A stretch of 64,000 bases of DNA, from NCBI GenBank assembly GCA_026770705.1, contig JANJGN010000013.1:98642001-98706000 (forward strand), in the 5' to 3' direction. Positions 35,674 to 48,750 of this stretch are shown here, in pieces. This DNA comes from Isurus oxyrinchus (taxonomy: Eukaryota). Each line of letters begins with the position of its first letter. Position 1 is the first letter of the stretch. A model generated the notes under the pieces. It ran no database searches and was not told the DNA's origin. It was given only the letters and a program-made list of their open reading frames with translations. Made by a program: the position numbers and the translations under genes.

Positions 35674-37287
35674 CTACAGGTCCGTTTCTGTATTTGGATC
35701 CAGACAAAGTGCGTACAGAGATTTCCTTATGTCCGGGGCACTGTTGGCCTTCAGGTGGGCCCCGGCGCCATTGTTCACCCCTTCACTGTTCTCCAAGGCT
35801 TTGCCCAGGGAGCTTCTGCTTCTCTTCAGCTCCTCCGAGTGACTGGCCTCGCTCTCCGTGTCGTCCTTCAGGTACTGAGCCTGCTCCTCGTTGTCCGTCT
35901 CCCGGTGGTAGAAGTAGTTAAAGTTGGAGACGATGACGGGCACAGGCAGGGCGATGGTCAGCACACCGGCGATGGCACACAAGGATCCCACGATCTTGCC
36001 GCCCATGGTGACCGGCTTCATGTCGCCGTAGCCCACCGTGGTCATGGTGACCACCGCCCACCAGAAGGCGTCGGGGATGCTGGAGAAATGGGACCTGGGC
36101 TCGTCCGCCTCCGCGAAGAACACGGCGCTGGAGAAGAGGATGACCCCAATGAAGAGGAAGAAGATGAGCAGGCCCAGCTCCCTCATGCTGGCCTTGAGAG
36201 TCTGGCCCAGGATCTGCAGCCCCTTGGAGTGTCTGGACAGCTTGAAGATGCGGAAAACCCGCACCAGGCGGATGACCCTGAGGATGGCCAAAGACATGGC
36301 TTGCTGACCATTAGACTGCTGCTCGGCCAGCTCGGTGCCCAGGGTGATGAAGTAAGGGAAGATGGCCACGATGTCGATGATGTTCATGATGTCCCGGGCG
36401 AAGACGGACTTGCTGGGACAAGCCAGGAATCGCACCAGCAGCTCCAGGGTGAACCAGACCACACAAGTGGTCTCAATGATGAAGAAGGGGTCAACCAGGC
36501 TGGTGCTGCTCTGGCTCTGGGTCCCATTTAGCGCCTGCTTTTCGGCGCTGTAGCGGTCATCGCGAAACTCGGGCAGGGTCTCCAGGCAGAAGATGATGAT
36601 GGAGATGACAATAACCAACACCGAGACGATGGCGATGCCCCGGGCTGGACTGGAGCTCTCGGGGTACTCAAACAGGAGCCACATCTGCTTCTGGAACTCA
36701 TTCTTGGGCAAAGCCTTCTCCTCTTCCTTGATGAAGCCCTCGTCCTCCCGGAATCTCTCCATGGCCTCGGGTCCCAGTTTGTAGAAGCGGATCTCGTCGG
36801 CGAACATGTCAATGGAAACGTTGACGGGTCTCCGGATCCTGCCGCCCGACTGGTAGAAATAGAGGATCCCGTCGAAACACGGGCGGTTGCGGTCGAAGAA
36901 GTACTCGTTTTTCAACGGGTCGAAGTACCTCATTCTCTTCTCGGGGTCGCCCAGCAGACTGTCCGGGAACTGGCTCAAGGTGCTCAGCTGGGTCTCGTAC
37001 CTGAGGCCGGCGATGTTGATGACCACTCGCTCCGAGCGGTTGACGTCCAGCAACTGCAGGTTGTCCACCGGCGGCCCCTGGTCCACGGCTTTCAGCAGGT
37101 TGTCGGGCAGCCCCGCCGCGTTCATGTCGTTCATGTTGCCGGCCGAGGGGCCACGAAGCGGCTGGGGGTCGGGCCAGCCACTGTCCGGGGCAGCGCTCAC
37201 ACCCAAGTGCGCCGAGATGCTGTTGCCTCTCTGACAGCTCCCCAGAGCCGCACCGCCGTCCTGCAACCTCACCAGAGCTATGTCCAT
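35674..37287 (-). CDS. KCNA5: Voltage-gated potassium channel Kv1.5 (Shaker family), 537 aa, intronless CDS
   Basis: T1 domain [17 protein letters not shown]4 [23 protein letters not shown], pore TTVGYGD, PVP hinge. N-terminus [13 protein letters not shown] and C-terminus [16 protein letters not shown] match Kv1.5 ([29 protein letters not shown]). Strong Kozak gggATGg. Confidence 0.95.
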   Translation of the reverse strand: MDIALVRLQDGGAALGSCQRGNSISAHLGVSAAPDSGWPDPQPLRGPSAGNMNDMNAAGLPDNLLKAVDQGPPVDNLQLLDVNRSERVVINIAGLRYETQLSTLSQFPDSLLGDPEKRMRYFDPLKNEYFFDRNRPCFDGILYFYQSGGRIRRPVNVSIDMFADEIRFYKLGPEAMERFREDEGFIKEEEKALPKNEFQKQMWLLFEYPESSSPARGIAIVSVLVIVISIIIFCLETLPEFRDDRYSAEKQALNGTQSQSSTSLVDPFFIIETTCVVWFTLELLVRFLACPSKSVFARDIMNIIDIVAIFPYFITLGTELAEQQSNGQQAMSLAILRVIRLVRVFRIFKLSRHSKGLQILGQTLKASMRELGLLIFFLFIGVILFSSAVFFAEADEPRSHFSSIPDAFWWAVVTMTTVGYGDMKPVTMGGKIVGSLCAIAGVLTIALPVPVIVSNFNYFYHRETDNEEQAQYLKDDTESEASHSEELKRSRSSLGKALENSEGVNNGAGAHLKANSAPDIRKSLYALCLDPNTETDL

Positions 37288-37520
37288 CCCCGAGCCATTA
37301 AATATTCAACAGCGCGGCTCCCTCACTGATTCCCACATCTAGCAACAACACATCAGTCAGCGGGTAAGCTGGAGCGCTGACAGAGAGAGGAGAGAGCAGT
37401 GGAAATCAGAACCAGCCCCCATCCCAGAGGGAGACACAGAGATATATCAAACCATTGGTTACAGGAGCGGAACCCGGATGAGCAACGAGTAAATTATTCC
37501 AGCTCTCTCTGACGTCGAAT
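37288..37520 (-). promoter_or_regulatory. KCNA5 5' leader/proximal promoter candidate
   Basis: Three upstream ATGs, a polypyrimidine tract plus AG near 37378-37410, CCAAT at 37454-37458, and CRE-like tgacgtcg at 37510-37517. Confidence 0.4.
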
Positions 37521-37569
37521 GCTTGAGGTGAGGAGCAGAGTTGTCATCCACCGTTCCCCCAACCTTCTC

Positions 37570-37750
37570 CCCCTTAACCCTAGCCTCCTTACTAACCCTC
37601 CTCCACGACACCATCACCCTGTACCCAAAAGCCTACACCAAAAGCCTAACCTAACCCTATCCTCCCCACTCACCTCACCCTCTCCCCTAACCCTACCCCG
37701 TCCCCTACCGCTAACCTCCATCATTACCTTATCCACTCCCTCTCCAATCC
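37570..37750. repeat. Degenerate telomere-like (CCCTAA)n low-complexity tract
   Basis: ccttaaccctagcc, actaaccct, cctaacctaaccctat, ccctaaccctaccc, ctaacctcc. Confidence 0.6.
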
Positions 37751-37821
37751 CAGGGTTCGAGACTCAGACCAGGTACCTGCCACGAGAGACTGTTGAGAAG
37801 CAAACCTGGACTTCATCCTCA

Positions 37822-38295
37822 ATCATAGAGTCATAGGGGTCTACCGCACAGAAAAAGGCCCTTAGGCCCATCGATTCTGCGCTGGGCAAACAAGTACCTA
37901 ACTATTCTAATCCCATTTTCCAGCACTAGGCCCATAGCCTTGTATGCAATGGCATCGCAAGTGCACATCTAAATACTTCTGAAATGTTATGAGGTTTTCT
38001 GCCTCCACCGCCCTTTCAGGCAGTGAGTTTCAGATTCCCACCACCCTCTGGGTGAAAAAATTCTTCCTCACATCCCCTCTAAGCCTTCTGCCCCTTACCT
38101 TAAATCAATGCCCCTTGGTTATTGATCCCTCGATCAAGGGGAAAAGTTCCTTCCTGTCTACCCTATCTATGCTCCTCATAATTTTATACACCTCAATCAT
38201 GTTCCCCTTCAATCTCCTCTGCTCCAAGGAAAATAACCCCAGTCTATCCAATCTCTCCTCATAACTAAAACTCTCGAGTCCAGACAACATCCTGC
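37822..38295 (-). mobile_element. CR1 3' end (same family as 24262-26386)
   Basis: Reverse complement of about 25915-26386. ORF 37989-38264 is almost identical to ORF 25945-26220. Confidence 0.93.
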
Positions 38296-38715
38296 ATCCA
38301 GAAATCAACCCTTTTACATAGAATAATTTCAAGGAATGAATCAGGCAGGTAGAATATTAAAATTAAGTCAAAGAGCATGTGTGTGTGATTTTATTTACTC
38401 AGCATGGTGTTTAAAGAGCTTGTCAGGTCAGTGATTTGGAGAATGTATGGGCTTCATTGCAAGGTTCCATTAGTTTGTGGAACATTGAGGCATGTCTCAG
38501 TGACAAGTAATTTTATAGACACCAAAACAAAATTAATCAAAAATAATTGGATTATTTATCTATTATCTAATTAGATCCTGATCTACTGCTGGTATTTCTG
38601 ATTCCAACAAAGTGTACCTAGCCTTCTATCATTAGAACTATTCTATTCAACCCAACACCCCACACCTCAAAAAGTTCAGTTGTAAACATGGTTAGTTTGT
38701 AACAATGCCTTTAAC

Positions 38716-41460
38716 CATAGAACTATAGAGCAGTTATGGTGCAGAAAGAGGCCATTCAGTCCATTGTGTCTACACCAAAAAAAAAGAAACTAGCCACTCA
38801 TTTTAATCCCACTTTCCAGCACCTGGTGAATAGCCTTGCTGGTAACAGCACTTCAGATGCAGATCCAGGTACCTTTTAAATGAGTTGAGCATTTCAGCCT
38901 CAACCACCAATTTAGGCAGTGAATTCCAAATACTAACCATCCTATGGGTGAAAAAGTTTTTTCTCATGTCCCCTCTAATCCTTCTACCAATTACCTTAAA
39001 TCTATGCCCAAGCAATTGACCCCTCAACTAAGGGAAATAGGTCTTTCCTGTCCACCCTATCTAGGCCCCTCATAATTTTGTACACCTCAGTTAGGTCACT
39101 CCTCAGACTCCCGTGTTCCAAGGAAAACAACCCTGGCCTATCCAATTTTGCCTTATAGCTGCAATTTTCAGGCTCAGCAACATTCTTGTAAATCTCCTCT
39201 GCACTCTCTCCAGAGGAATTATGTCCTTCCTGCAATGTGGTGACCAAAACTGTACACAAAATTCTAGCTGTGGCCTAGGCAGCGTTTTATATAGTTCTAG
39301 TATTACATCCCTGCTTTTGTTTTCAATACTTCGTCCAATAAAGGAAAGCATTCCATATGCTTTCTTTACCACCTATCCACCTGGCCTGCTACCTTCGGGT
39401 ACCTGTGGACATGCACACCAAGGTCTCTCACTTCCTCAGTCCCTCTCAATATCCTCCCATTTATTGAGTATTCCCTCGCTTTGTTTGGCCTCCCCAAATT
39501 CACTACCTCACACTTTTCGGATTGAATTCCATTTGCCACTTTTCTGCCCACTCAAACAAATCATTGATATCCTTCTGGAGACAACAGCTATCCTCTTCAC
39601 TATCGACTACATAGCCAATTTTTGTGTCGTCTGCAAATTTCCTTACCGTATCTCCCACATTTAAGCCCAAATCATTAAGATATACAACAAACGCAAGGGC
39701 ACCAACACTGAGCCCCATGAAACACCAATGGAAATCATTTTCCATTCACAAAAACATCCATTGACCATTACCGTTTGTTTCCTGCCAAATTTGGACCCAA
39801 CTCGCCACCTTCCCCTGTATCCCATGGGATCTCACGTTTGTCATGTGCAACCTTGTCAAATGCCTTACTAAAATCCATGTGGACAACATCCACTACACAA
39901 CCCTCATCAATCCTCCTTTTAACTTCCTCAAAAAATTCGATCAAGTTAGTAAGACACGATCTTCCCCAAACAAAACCATGTTGACAAACCCTGATCAATC
40001 CATGTCAAAGTGACAGTTTATCCTGTCTCAGAATTCCAATAATTTGCCCACCACTGAAGTCAGACTGACTGGCCTATAATTTTCTGGCCTATCCCTCATA
40101 CCCTTTTTAAATAACAGTACAACATTTGCAGACCTCCAATATTCTGGTGCCTCGTCTGTATCAAGTGAGGATTGGAAAATGATCCTCAGAGCATCCGTTA
40201 TATCCTCCCTGGCTTCCTTTAACAGCCTGTGATACAATCCATCTGGCCCTGGTGATTTATCCACCTTTAGGATGTGAGTCCCTCCAGTACTTCCTCTCTC
40301 GATGTGCTTATTGTATCTAATTCTTCACACTCCTCTTTAACTAGGATGTCTGCATCATCCCTCCCCTTCGTGAAGGCAGAGACAAAGTACTGATTGAGAA
40401 CCCTGCCCATATCTTCAGCATCAACATGTAAATTACCATGATAAGCCCTACCCTTTCCTTAGTTATTCTCTTGCCCTTAATATACTGGTAAAACATCTTC
40501 GGGTTTTCTTTGATTTTACCTGCCAATATATTTGCTTTCCTAATTTCCTTTTTTACTTCGCCCCTGCACTTTCTACACTCCTCTAGGTTTTCTACAGGAT
40601 TCAGCTTTTTGTGACTGTCAAAAGTTTTATTCTGCTTTATCTAACCCTGAACACTTCGGGATAACCACCCTTTTTCTTTGTGGGGTCATGTCTACACTGT
40701 GCCTGTAGAATCTCGCTTTTGAATGCCTCCCACTACTTTGACACTGTTTTCCCTTGTAGTAGCTGTATCCAATTCACTTTCACCAGTTCACATCTCAGCT
40801 TTATAAAATTTGTCTTCCCTCAATTTAGAACTTTTACTCCTGTTCTATCTTTGTCCTTTTCCATAATCATGCTAAAACATGCTAACCATGTTATGGTCAC
40901 TGTCTCCAAAATGGTTCCACACTGCTACTTCATCCACATACCCAGCTTCATTTCCTATTGCACCCCCCTCTTGTTGGGTTTGGCTAAAAAAGTTCTCTTG
41001 ATTGCAGTTGAACAATTTTGTGCCCTTCACACTGTTAGTATTCCAATTGACATTAGGGTAGTTGAAGTCTCCAGCTATTACTGCCCTAATGTGTTTGTGT
41101 TTGCTTACATATTTGCTCTTCTAACTCCCTTCAACTACTTGGGGATCTATAGTAAACTCATAGCACTCTAGCTGCCTTTTTTTTATTCTAAGCTCAACCC
41201 CTATGGCCTCATTTGATGCTTCATTTAGTATATCATTCCTCCTCACAGCTATAGTTGATTCTTTAACCAATAATGCTACAGCCCTGCTTTTTTTATTCCC
41301 CTCCTCATCCTGTCTGAAAACTCCAAATCCAAGAATGTTGAGCTGTCATTTTTGCCCCTCTCTAAGCTGAGTTTCTGTTATAGTGGTGATATCATGTTGC
41401 CATGTGTCTATCTGTACCCTTAGCTCATCAGCTTTATTTGCTATACTGCTTGCAGTTACA
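38716..41460 (-). mobile_element. CR1 LINE ORF2 (EN + RT), decayed
   Basis: ORFs with [50 protein letters not shown]. Confidence 0.92.
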
Positions 41461-41469
41461 TATATACAT

Positions 41470-41827
41470 TTTTTATTATTCATTCATGGGATGTGGGCAT
41501 CACTGACTAGGCCAACATTTATTGTCCATCCCTAACTGCCATTGTTCAGAGGGCATTTGAGAGTCAACCGTATCTGGAGTCACATGTAGGCCAGACCAAG
41601 TTAGAACTTTCCTAGATTTCTTTCCCTAAAGGGCTTTAGTGAACCAGATGGGTTTTTACAACAATCAGCAATGGTTTCATGGTCGTCATCAGACCTTTTA
41701 TTCCAGATTTCTATTGAATTCAAATTTCACTATCCGCCATAGTGGGATTTAAACCCAGGTCCCCAGAGAATTATCCTGGGTCTCTGAAATATTAGTCCAG
41801 TGACAATACCACTATGCCACTGCCTCC
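41470..41827 (-). mobile_element. tRNA-derived SINE (head and tail shared with the LINE at 17404-20904)
   Basis: Reverse complement of the 54455-54860 family: ctggagtcacatgtaggccagacc, tail cattcatgggatgtggg, head accactatgccactgcc. Confidence 0.88.
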
Positions 41828-42414
41828 CCTTTTAATACTGCCAAATTCCTGTGCTGTACACTTTTTAACCTGTGCTTCTTCTATCTTTCAGAGTCACTCG
41901 TTTTCTATCTCCCGTTCCCACCCTGAATTTGCCCTCAGGTTTCAATCCCCCTGTCAATCTAGTTTAACGCCCCCGCCCCCAACACCACAACCGCCAGCCC
42001 CACTCCCCAATAGCACTAGCAAATTGAAATGTTGAATTGTTTACAGCTTTTAAGCCCAGGACTTTGACAGTTTGCACAATGCACTAACGATTAGAATCCC
42101 AGTCATGTTGTAGGCATGGCTCTGTTTTAGTTTTTAAAAAACAAATTCTTGTTTAGATCTCTCCTTAAACAAAGATTTTTCAAAGGCAGCCTGACTAACA
42201 GTTACCTCATGAGTTTTAGGAATCCATACAGTGAAGTTTTAAGCATATTGATCGGAATGGCTGCACAATATGATTCTTTATAAAATAATGCACAAACACA
42301 ACTGAAGTCTATTTCCTCAGATGATTGTGACGCAATTTGCCCTAGCTTCTTAAAATGATGATGGGATTAGTAATAATGTAAATAGTCATTTGGTAGTATA
42401 GAACTTTATATTGC

Positions 42415-42770
42415 TGAAAAAAAGAGACTTTTTTGTCAAAGCTTTTTGTTTTGCATCATCAGGACAATTTGCAGAATACCAAATGCAAAGGAAACAACAA
42501 TTTATACCACATGAGAAGAGAGTGCTGATTAGCTGGCAAGTGGATGCTGATTGGTAGAAGCGTTACCATGGGGAATTCACCAGTTGATGGTGACTGACAG
42601 TTAACTGCTAAGCACTACCAGTGAATGGCTGTCACTTATTTTGTTTAATTGAAACAGGTGCAATGTATGTATATGTTTTTTCTGTCTGCAAAGAACAAGG
42701 CCCTGTGTATTAATATATTTAGCTTCCAGTACAGGCCTACACCAATCAGTTGCTCTGCATCCCAGTGAAA
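42415..42770 (-). mobile_element. 3' fragment of a second PLE family with hammerhead remnant
   Basis: ORF 42601-42819 VLEAKYINTQGLVLCRQK resembles a GIY-YIG C-terminus. Minus strand ttgtc-CTGATGA-tgcaaaac-aAAA-agct-TT-gacaa at 42433-42467. Confidence 0.68.
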
Positions 42771-43149
42771 GAATGAATCTCGTTGAGGTCATGTCTCTTT
42801 GTAAGTGCCTTTTCCTCAAGGTCTTGGATTAAAATATTGTGGACAGGTAAGCCTGGTACTCATGTAGGTTGTGCAGAATATGGTACATTGCATGTTTATG
42901 TGCTCATACTATGGTGAAGAAAATGGCCACATGCGCGTACATTTTAGAATGAGTTCTGCTGTGTCCCAAACCATCTGTTATGACCTCCCCATATTTACTG
43001 TCTATAAACAACCCAATTTACCTTTCCTTTCAAGTCAATGGAAATTATTCCACTGCAAAGGGAATCGAGTAGGGTGTATAACAGGCAGCTGATCCAATTT
43101 CATGTGTTTTGCACCATAATTGAAAGTTAGACGTACATTTACAACGACA

Positions 43150-44850
43150 ATGATTCATAAAATTATCCATTATGGGAAAAGACTGTTCAGCCCATCATGC
43201 ATACTCTGGCATTTTGAAAGAGCTACCCACATACTTTCATTCCCCCGTCCTTTCCCCATACCCTTTCATTCCCTTTTCAAATAGTTATCCACTTTGCTTT
43301 TAAAAAGCCCTTATGGATTCTGCCTTCCTCCAATGTTTCTCATAAGGAATTTCATGTCCTAATAAATCTAGGTAAACATAAATCTTCTAATCCCCTCCTT
43401 TTGTTCTTTTGCTGACTCTATTAAATTAGTGTCCTCTAGTTACTGATTAATTAACTAGTGAAGACACTTTTTCTATCTACCAGATAACGACATTTCAATT
43501 TTGAGCACCTCTATCAGGTCTCCTCTTACCCTTCTCTACTGTAATGAAAAGAACCTCAATTTCTCCAGTTGTTCCTCATAACTGAAGCGTAGCATCATCT
43601 TAGTGACTCTCTTCCACAGCTCTCCATAGCCTTCAGTTCATTGCTGAATTGAGGAACCAAAACTGGACATAACATACTAACTACATCCTATATTGTTTGT
43701 ATTGTGTCAGCATCACTTTCTTGCTTTTGTATGGAATGCCTATGTTTCTAAAACTTAGGATCCCCTGTACTTTTTGGCAGCTTTATCAGATTGTCCTCAC
43801 ATTTAAAGATTTGTGTACTTGAGACCCACATTTGTGTGCTCCTCTACTGTTAAAGGTTTTGCCATTTAGTTTATATGTCTTCTCCTTATTCTTCCTCCTA
43901 AAAACACATGGACCTAGAAATTGAATTATCCTTGAACCAGGGAGTCACCCCAGTGTAGAGCAAACTGCATGCATGTAATGAGGCCAAAGGTAGAACCAAG
44001 CAGAACTGTTGGACCAACCTCACTTGTTTAGCACCAGTGAGCGGCATGAGCTGATCTTGGCCCAAGTTAACTTGCCACTTTCAGGCAGAACGCACAGCGG
44101 CTGTCTTGGATGCTGGCTTAGACAGTAAGCAGAGTCCGGAGTTGGGGTTGGGGTTGTGGGTAGGTGGGTGGGGGAGTGTTGCGCTGTGGGAAGAGAGAGT
44201 CGTGAAAGTTATGGGACCCATTGCATTGCAGACGGAAGGCTTCCTATTAGAACATGCAAAGGGCCTAATACCTGTTTCAGGCTTTGACCCTGGGCATCCA
44301 TACAGGAATGAGTATGGAAGCCAGGGAACTTTCAGTATGGAAGGTGAGCGTGCACAGCACCTGTCAGATTATTGTCTAGACATTAATTTTACACCTCCAT
44401 TAACGGTACAGAGCCTAAGAATTTCTAGGCCATAATGTCACAATTTTCTGTCTTACATTTCACCTATCACAATTTACCCATTCTGCTATCTTGTCTCTGC
44501 TTCTCCTCTTAAAGTCCAAACTGTCTCTACACAGCTAACCATATTTCCTATTTTTGTGCCATCTTCAAATTTTGATAGTGCCCCTTGTACTCAAGTGCAG
44601 ATCACTTACATGTATATATTGAGAAAAACAATGGTTCCAACACTGATACTGTTTATGTCTCTCCAGTCTGAAACATTGAGCAATCTCTTCTCTCTTCAAC
44701 TTCATATCCATTCTGTGGCAATCATTTTCATATTATGTGACTTTATTTTATCAGTGGAGCTTTAATGCGATGCCTCACCAAATGCCTTTTGCAAGTATGC
44801 ATATAACACAGTAACTGCATTTACCTTTGCACTACATTCCATAATATCCT
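43150..44850 (-). mobile_element. Old CR1 LINE interrupted by a MITE
   Basis: Degenerate similarity to other minus-strand CR1 copies (tcaggtctcctctta, gtgccatcttcaaat, accaaatgcctttt). Confidence 0.65.
43911..44431. mobile_element. MITE with ggcctagaaatt-type TIRs (Harbinger-like)
   Basis: gacctagaaatt and aatttctaggcc. A similar end occurs at 6470-6482. Confidence 0.68.
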
Positions 44851-45109
44851 CAAAAAAAAACTATTACAAGAATAAATCATTATACTAAATTTGTGAAAGA
44901 TAACTTTAATAGGCTACCTGGGGGCTACTTGATTTAAATAATTCTGGACATTATAGAAAATTGATGCTGTTTCTCTCCCCTGAATAATTTATGTAGATGA
45001 AGGATCAAGTACATTCAAAATATCTGGCATAAGTGGCATTTGGCAGGACTTAAGTTTAGGGCATACCTGTCATATGTTTCTCATATTATCCAGGTAAAAC
45101 AAAACACCA

Positions 45110-45360
45110 ATATTGTGGAGTAGGCTCAGCACAGCATCGCATGTGTTCTTTTACATTAGGCATTAAAGCAAGGCCCCATCTGCCTGTCCTGGTGATTGTT
45201 AAAAATCCCAAGGAATTATTCAAAGAGCAGAGAATTCCCCCAATATCCTGGGGAATATTCCTCTCTGAACTAATTCCCCAATGAATCAATCATTTCATTC
45301 ATTGCTGTTTATTGAATATTGCTGGAACAGGATGGCTGTCACATTTGTTTTCATAATAAC
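45110..45360 (+). mobile_element. Old DeuSINE-like fragment
   Basis: attaaagcaaggccccatctgcctgtcctggtga..aaaaatcccaagg..aaagagcagagaattccccc, homologous to the reverse complement of 7220-7330. Confidence 0.6.
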
Positions 45361-48089
45361 AGTACTTTAGTAAATCTCTGTATGATTTCTGAAATTAATA
45401 AAAATAGACATCTTAAGTTTCATAAAAAATCATCTTATTTAATTAATGATAAAGATAAATTAATTACCAATATGTTTAAAAATCTTCATTTAATTGCAAG
45501 GTATGAGGGAACTTTAATTCCAATTTATCATTCCTTAATAATTTATTAACTTACTATTCAAATCTCTGTAAATTGATATTAGATTTTGAAAATTTAATTA
45601 GCTAGTATCTGAGGGAAAATATGTGCACAACATTAGCAACTCACATCTCCAAGTTAATTCCTACTTGTCCCATTTCACATTAGTCCATGTCTAACTATAA
45701 TGTAAAAATATAAAATATTATTTGAAATCCTGATAGATTCTTGAATTGATAAGGTGGTTTCTGATTAGCTCACAGTCTTGACTTTTCATCTTTTTGTTTG
45801 CCTTTTTATACTCTCACTTTTTAGGCTTTCCTGCTTTTCAGTTAGTATTTCCAACTAAAGTAGTGCATCTATTTGCATACGAAGAGGATCCTTTGTTCCA
45901 CATGTTTGTCCTTTTATTGCTCCTACTAGAAACTAGATGCCTCTGAAGGTTTCTGTTGCTGCAGTCCAACATCAAAAACAGTCATATTTGAATTACCCCA
46001 TGCTTGAGCATTGCTTTGGTTGACCATCAGAATCAGAGATCACCCAGTGCTATTAATTAAATGGTGCTTTCACTTTAACCTCATCTGTCGCCACTGATCT
46101 CCCAAACTATTTATGGACATTGAACACACCCAGGACAGTGTCAACCTGAAGGAGACAGCTTCTAGTGGTAAATTCTCCCATCCTCACAGGACTGCTTGCA
46201 TCAATATGGCTATAGGCAATAGGCTCATAAAGATGAACTTTCAGCCCACATATGGCACCATTTATTTTAGAATAGACATCGGGGAATCCAAAGTGCTCTT
46301 ACGAGGTTAACCCAAAATGATAAAATTCCTGACCAAATAATGTTCCAATTTGTATTGTGGCTTTTCTGTTTTAAGTTACATTAACTGTTCTAAATTATAG
46401 ATGGAAGTCCAGATATATGAGTACAAATGATCACTTAATAAGTGGCCATGAGAGAGAGTTTCTTGGGATAGATGGCTGGAAATATATGCAGCATACACCT
46501 ACAAAGGATACAAGAAAGATTCTTTGGATGGCTGACTTTGTTTTCCCATTATTTAGGAGGTAAGTGTTTCTCTATACTTTTGAAGAAACATCTGTTGCAT
46601 CTATACAAACAGGTACATTTTTTGAGCCTGTAGTGAGATTCCCTTCCCCACCAGTACCCTTTGACCTTGTGACGGTAGTGTGTGAAGTACCTTGCTGTGG
46701 GCATGAACTCAGAGAATCTACCCTAATATACTAGAGGGAATTTAAACCTAATGACAAGGGGGAAAAGGGATAGGTTAAATTTCAGAAATCTGCAACCTGA
46801 CACCTACCTGCCTTGACTTCCAGTTTTAATGGAAGCAGGTTAGAGGCGGGCAACTAACTTTCTCTCAAGAGGCAGATCAGATGTTTAAATATGACAATGA
46901 GACCTAATGCTTCAAATTTTAACTGAATTTTAAACTTAATCGCTGTGGACTGGGTTTTCCAGGAGCTTAAAAGAGGTAGGAATGGCCAGATCCAGCAGAT
47001 AAGTGACTTTCCAGCACTGCTTGTAGGCCAGGAGGACTCTTTAGCCATGTGGTTTGCTTCTTGTTATCCTGTTGATAACCTAGTTGCATGCTACATTCTC
47101 TAGAATCTTCCTCTACTGGTGTGTGCCATGTGTGTGTGGTGGGGGGGATGGTCGGTTGAGAGGGGGGTGGTTGTGTATGTGTGTGGGGGGCTTGGGTCAG
47201 TGTGTGTGTGCATGCGCAATGGGAGTGTTTTCATCCCACGGCAACCTAATATCCTGGTTGATGATGGAGGTCGCGATCCTAACATCATCACGCTGGTAGG
47301 CAACAATACAGGTGGGCTGATCTTGAAATTGGGAGCCCATCAGCCATTTTCAAATTGATAATTAATGGATAGTTAACCTCATTAGTAGTCTAATTGACTG
47401 CAATAATATGTTCTGGCTTCAATAATTCGTTCACTGTCTACAAAAAATGTCAGGGTGGATATAAAGGCTGGAGTTGGATCAATGAGTGATTTCAGCAGGA
47501 GAGACTGCTGAGAGGTTTTTAACTTGGTATTCTTGGAAGGTGCAGAATCCCTTGTCTTATTAAGGGTTCCTAACCATTCACTTGTTTGCAAACTTGTGGA
47601 CTTTGTGATTTATCTACACTGCAGCACTGCTTCTCTGAGGAATATTGGAATAATGGTCTCTGTGGGAAATGTAATCTACAGAGAGGGGGAGGAGGCAAGC
47701 TGTTCAGGGGCAGGAGCCATAAAAAGCATGATGAAGCGCCATTGCAGAGGAGCAAGAGGCTACTAAGGGTAGGCTGCAGCAGCACAGAGGCACAGGCAGA
47801 GGTCTTACCCACCCAATTATAAAGCACTGAGGGCAGAGGGTACAACAGCATGCAAGAAACCCAGAAGTAGATGCAGTGCAACGGTCAGTGATTTTTTTAA
47901 ACTAGCGAGTACATTATCATATTATTTCCAGAATTCTTGATCAATTAATGTGTGTAGACATGATGACAACATGCCTGAGGCATTTTTAACTCCAGTATTT
48001 AAAGGGACACTCCAAACATGCAATTTGATGGAATTTGGAACTGGGAGCACAACAGAAGGCATTGGCAGGAGGGAGTCCAGATATTCAAG

Positions 48090-48750
48090 GATTGGGCCTC
48101 ATTTTGGTGACACCTCCCTGGATCTGATGCTGGGGAGTATAAGGGCTCACAGGGAGACACTGACAGAAGGAAGAAGCCTGCAGGTGGAGCACAGAAGCGA
48201 GGTCACTAGCAGCAGCACAATGACACACTTGTGGAATTAATGCCAAGAGTGCTCTAATGACCTAAAATGAGCAGCAATGTTGAGTACAGTAGCTCTTTAA
48301 TCTAAATCCTAATGTTTGTATCATTCCAACCCCCTCACTGCCTACTCAAGTCTACTCCAGGCACAACACTCCTCACACCATCTTACCTTGCTGGTACTCC
48401 CACCCCTCAATGTCTATGCACTTCCTTATATGCCCATTAACCACCATTGACACTCAGCCTCAGCTTTATGCAATGTCTTGCCTCTTCCTTATAGACACAC
48501 TCAACTAATATTCTCCGCCCAGCGATTCAACTAATTCGTTGGGATTTACTTCCCTCCTTGAAGGAGAAGAGAGCACAAAACACAAAGAAGAGACAGTGAA
48601 CCAGCTCACTGCCCCTCCTTTGTGTTTTGTGTTCTCTTATAACGGCACCTGCAGAGGAGGAGGCAATGGGAGCCAGTGGTGTTTTAGGATATCTGGCCAT
48701 CAGAGATGGGGAGATTGAGGCCTTCCAGCTGCCTGACCACAGAATAAAGT
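48090..48750 (+). pseudogene. Harbinger Myb/SANT-like protein remnant
   Basis: HFGDTSLDLMLGSIRAHRETL, VTSSSTMTHLWN*CQECSNDL, and a second exon EKRAQN (48565), paralleling 10310-11234. Confidence 0.62.

Noticed and set aside
35653-36531. 292-aa plus-strand ORF antisense to KCNA5
   Set aside because: Shadow ORF expected from the GC3-rich codons of the real gene; no recognisable domain and no ATG start.
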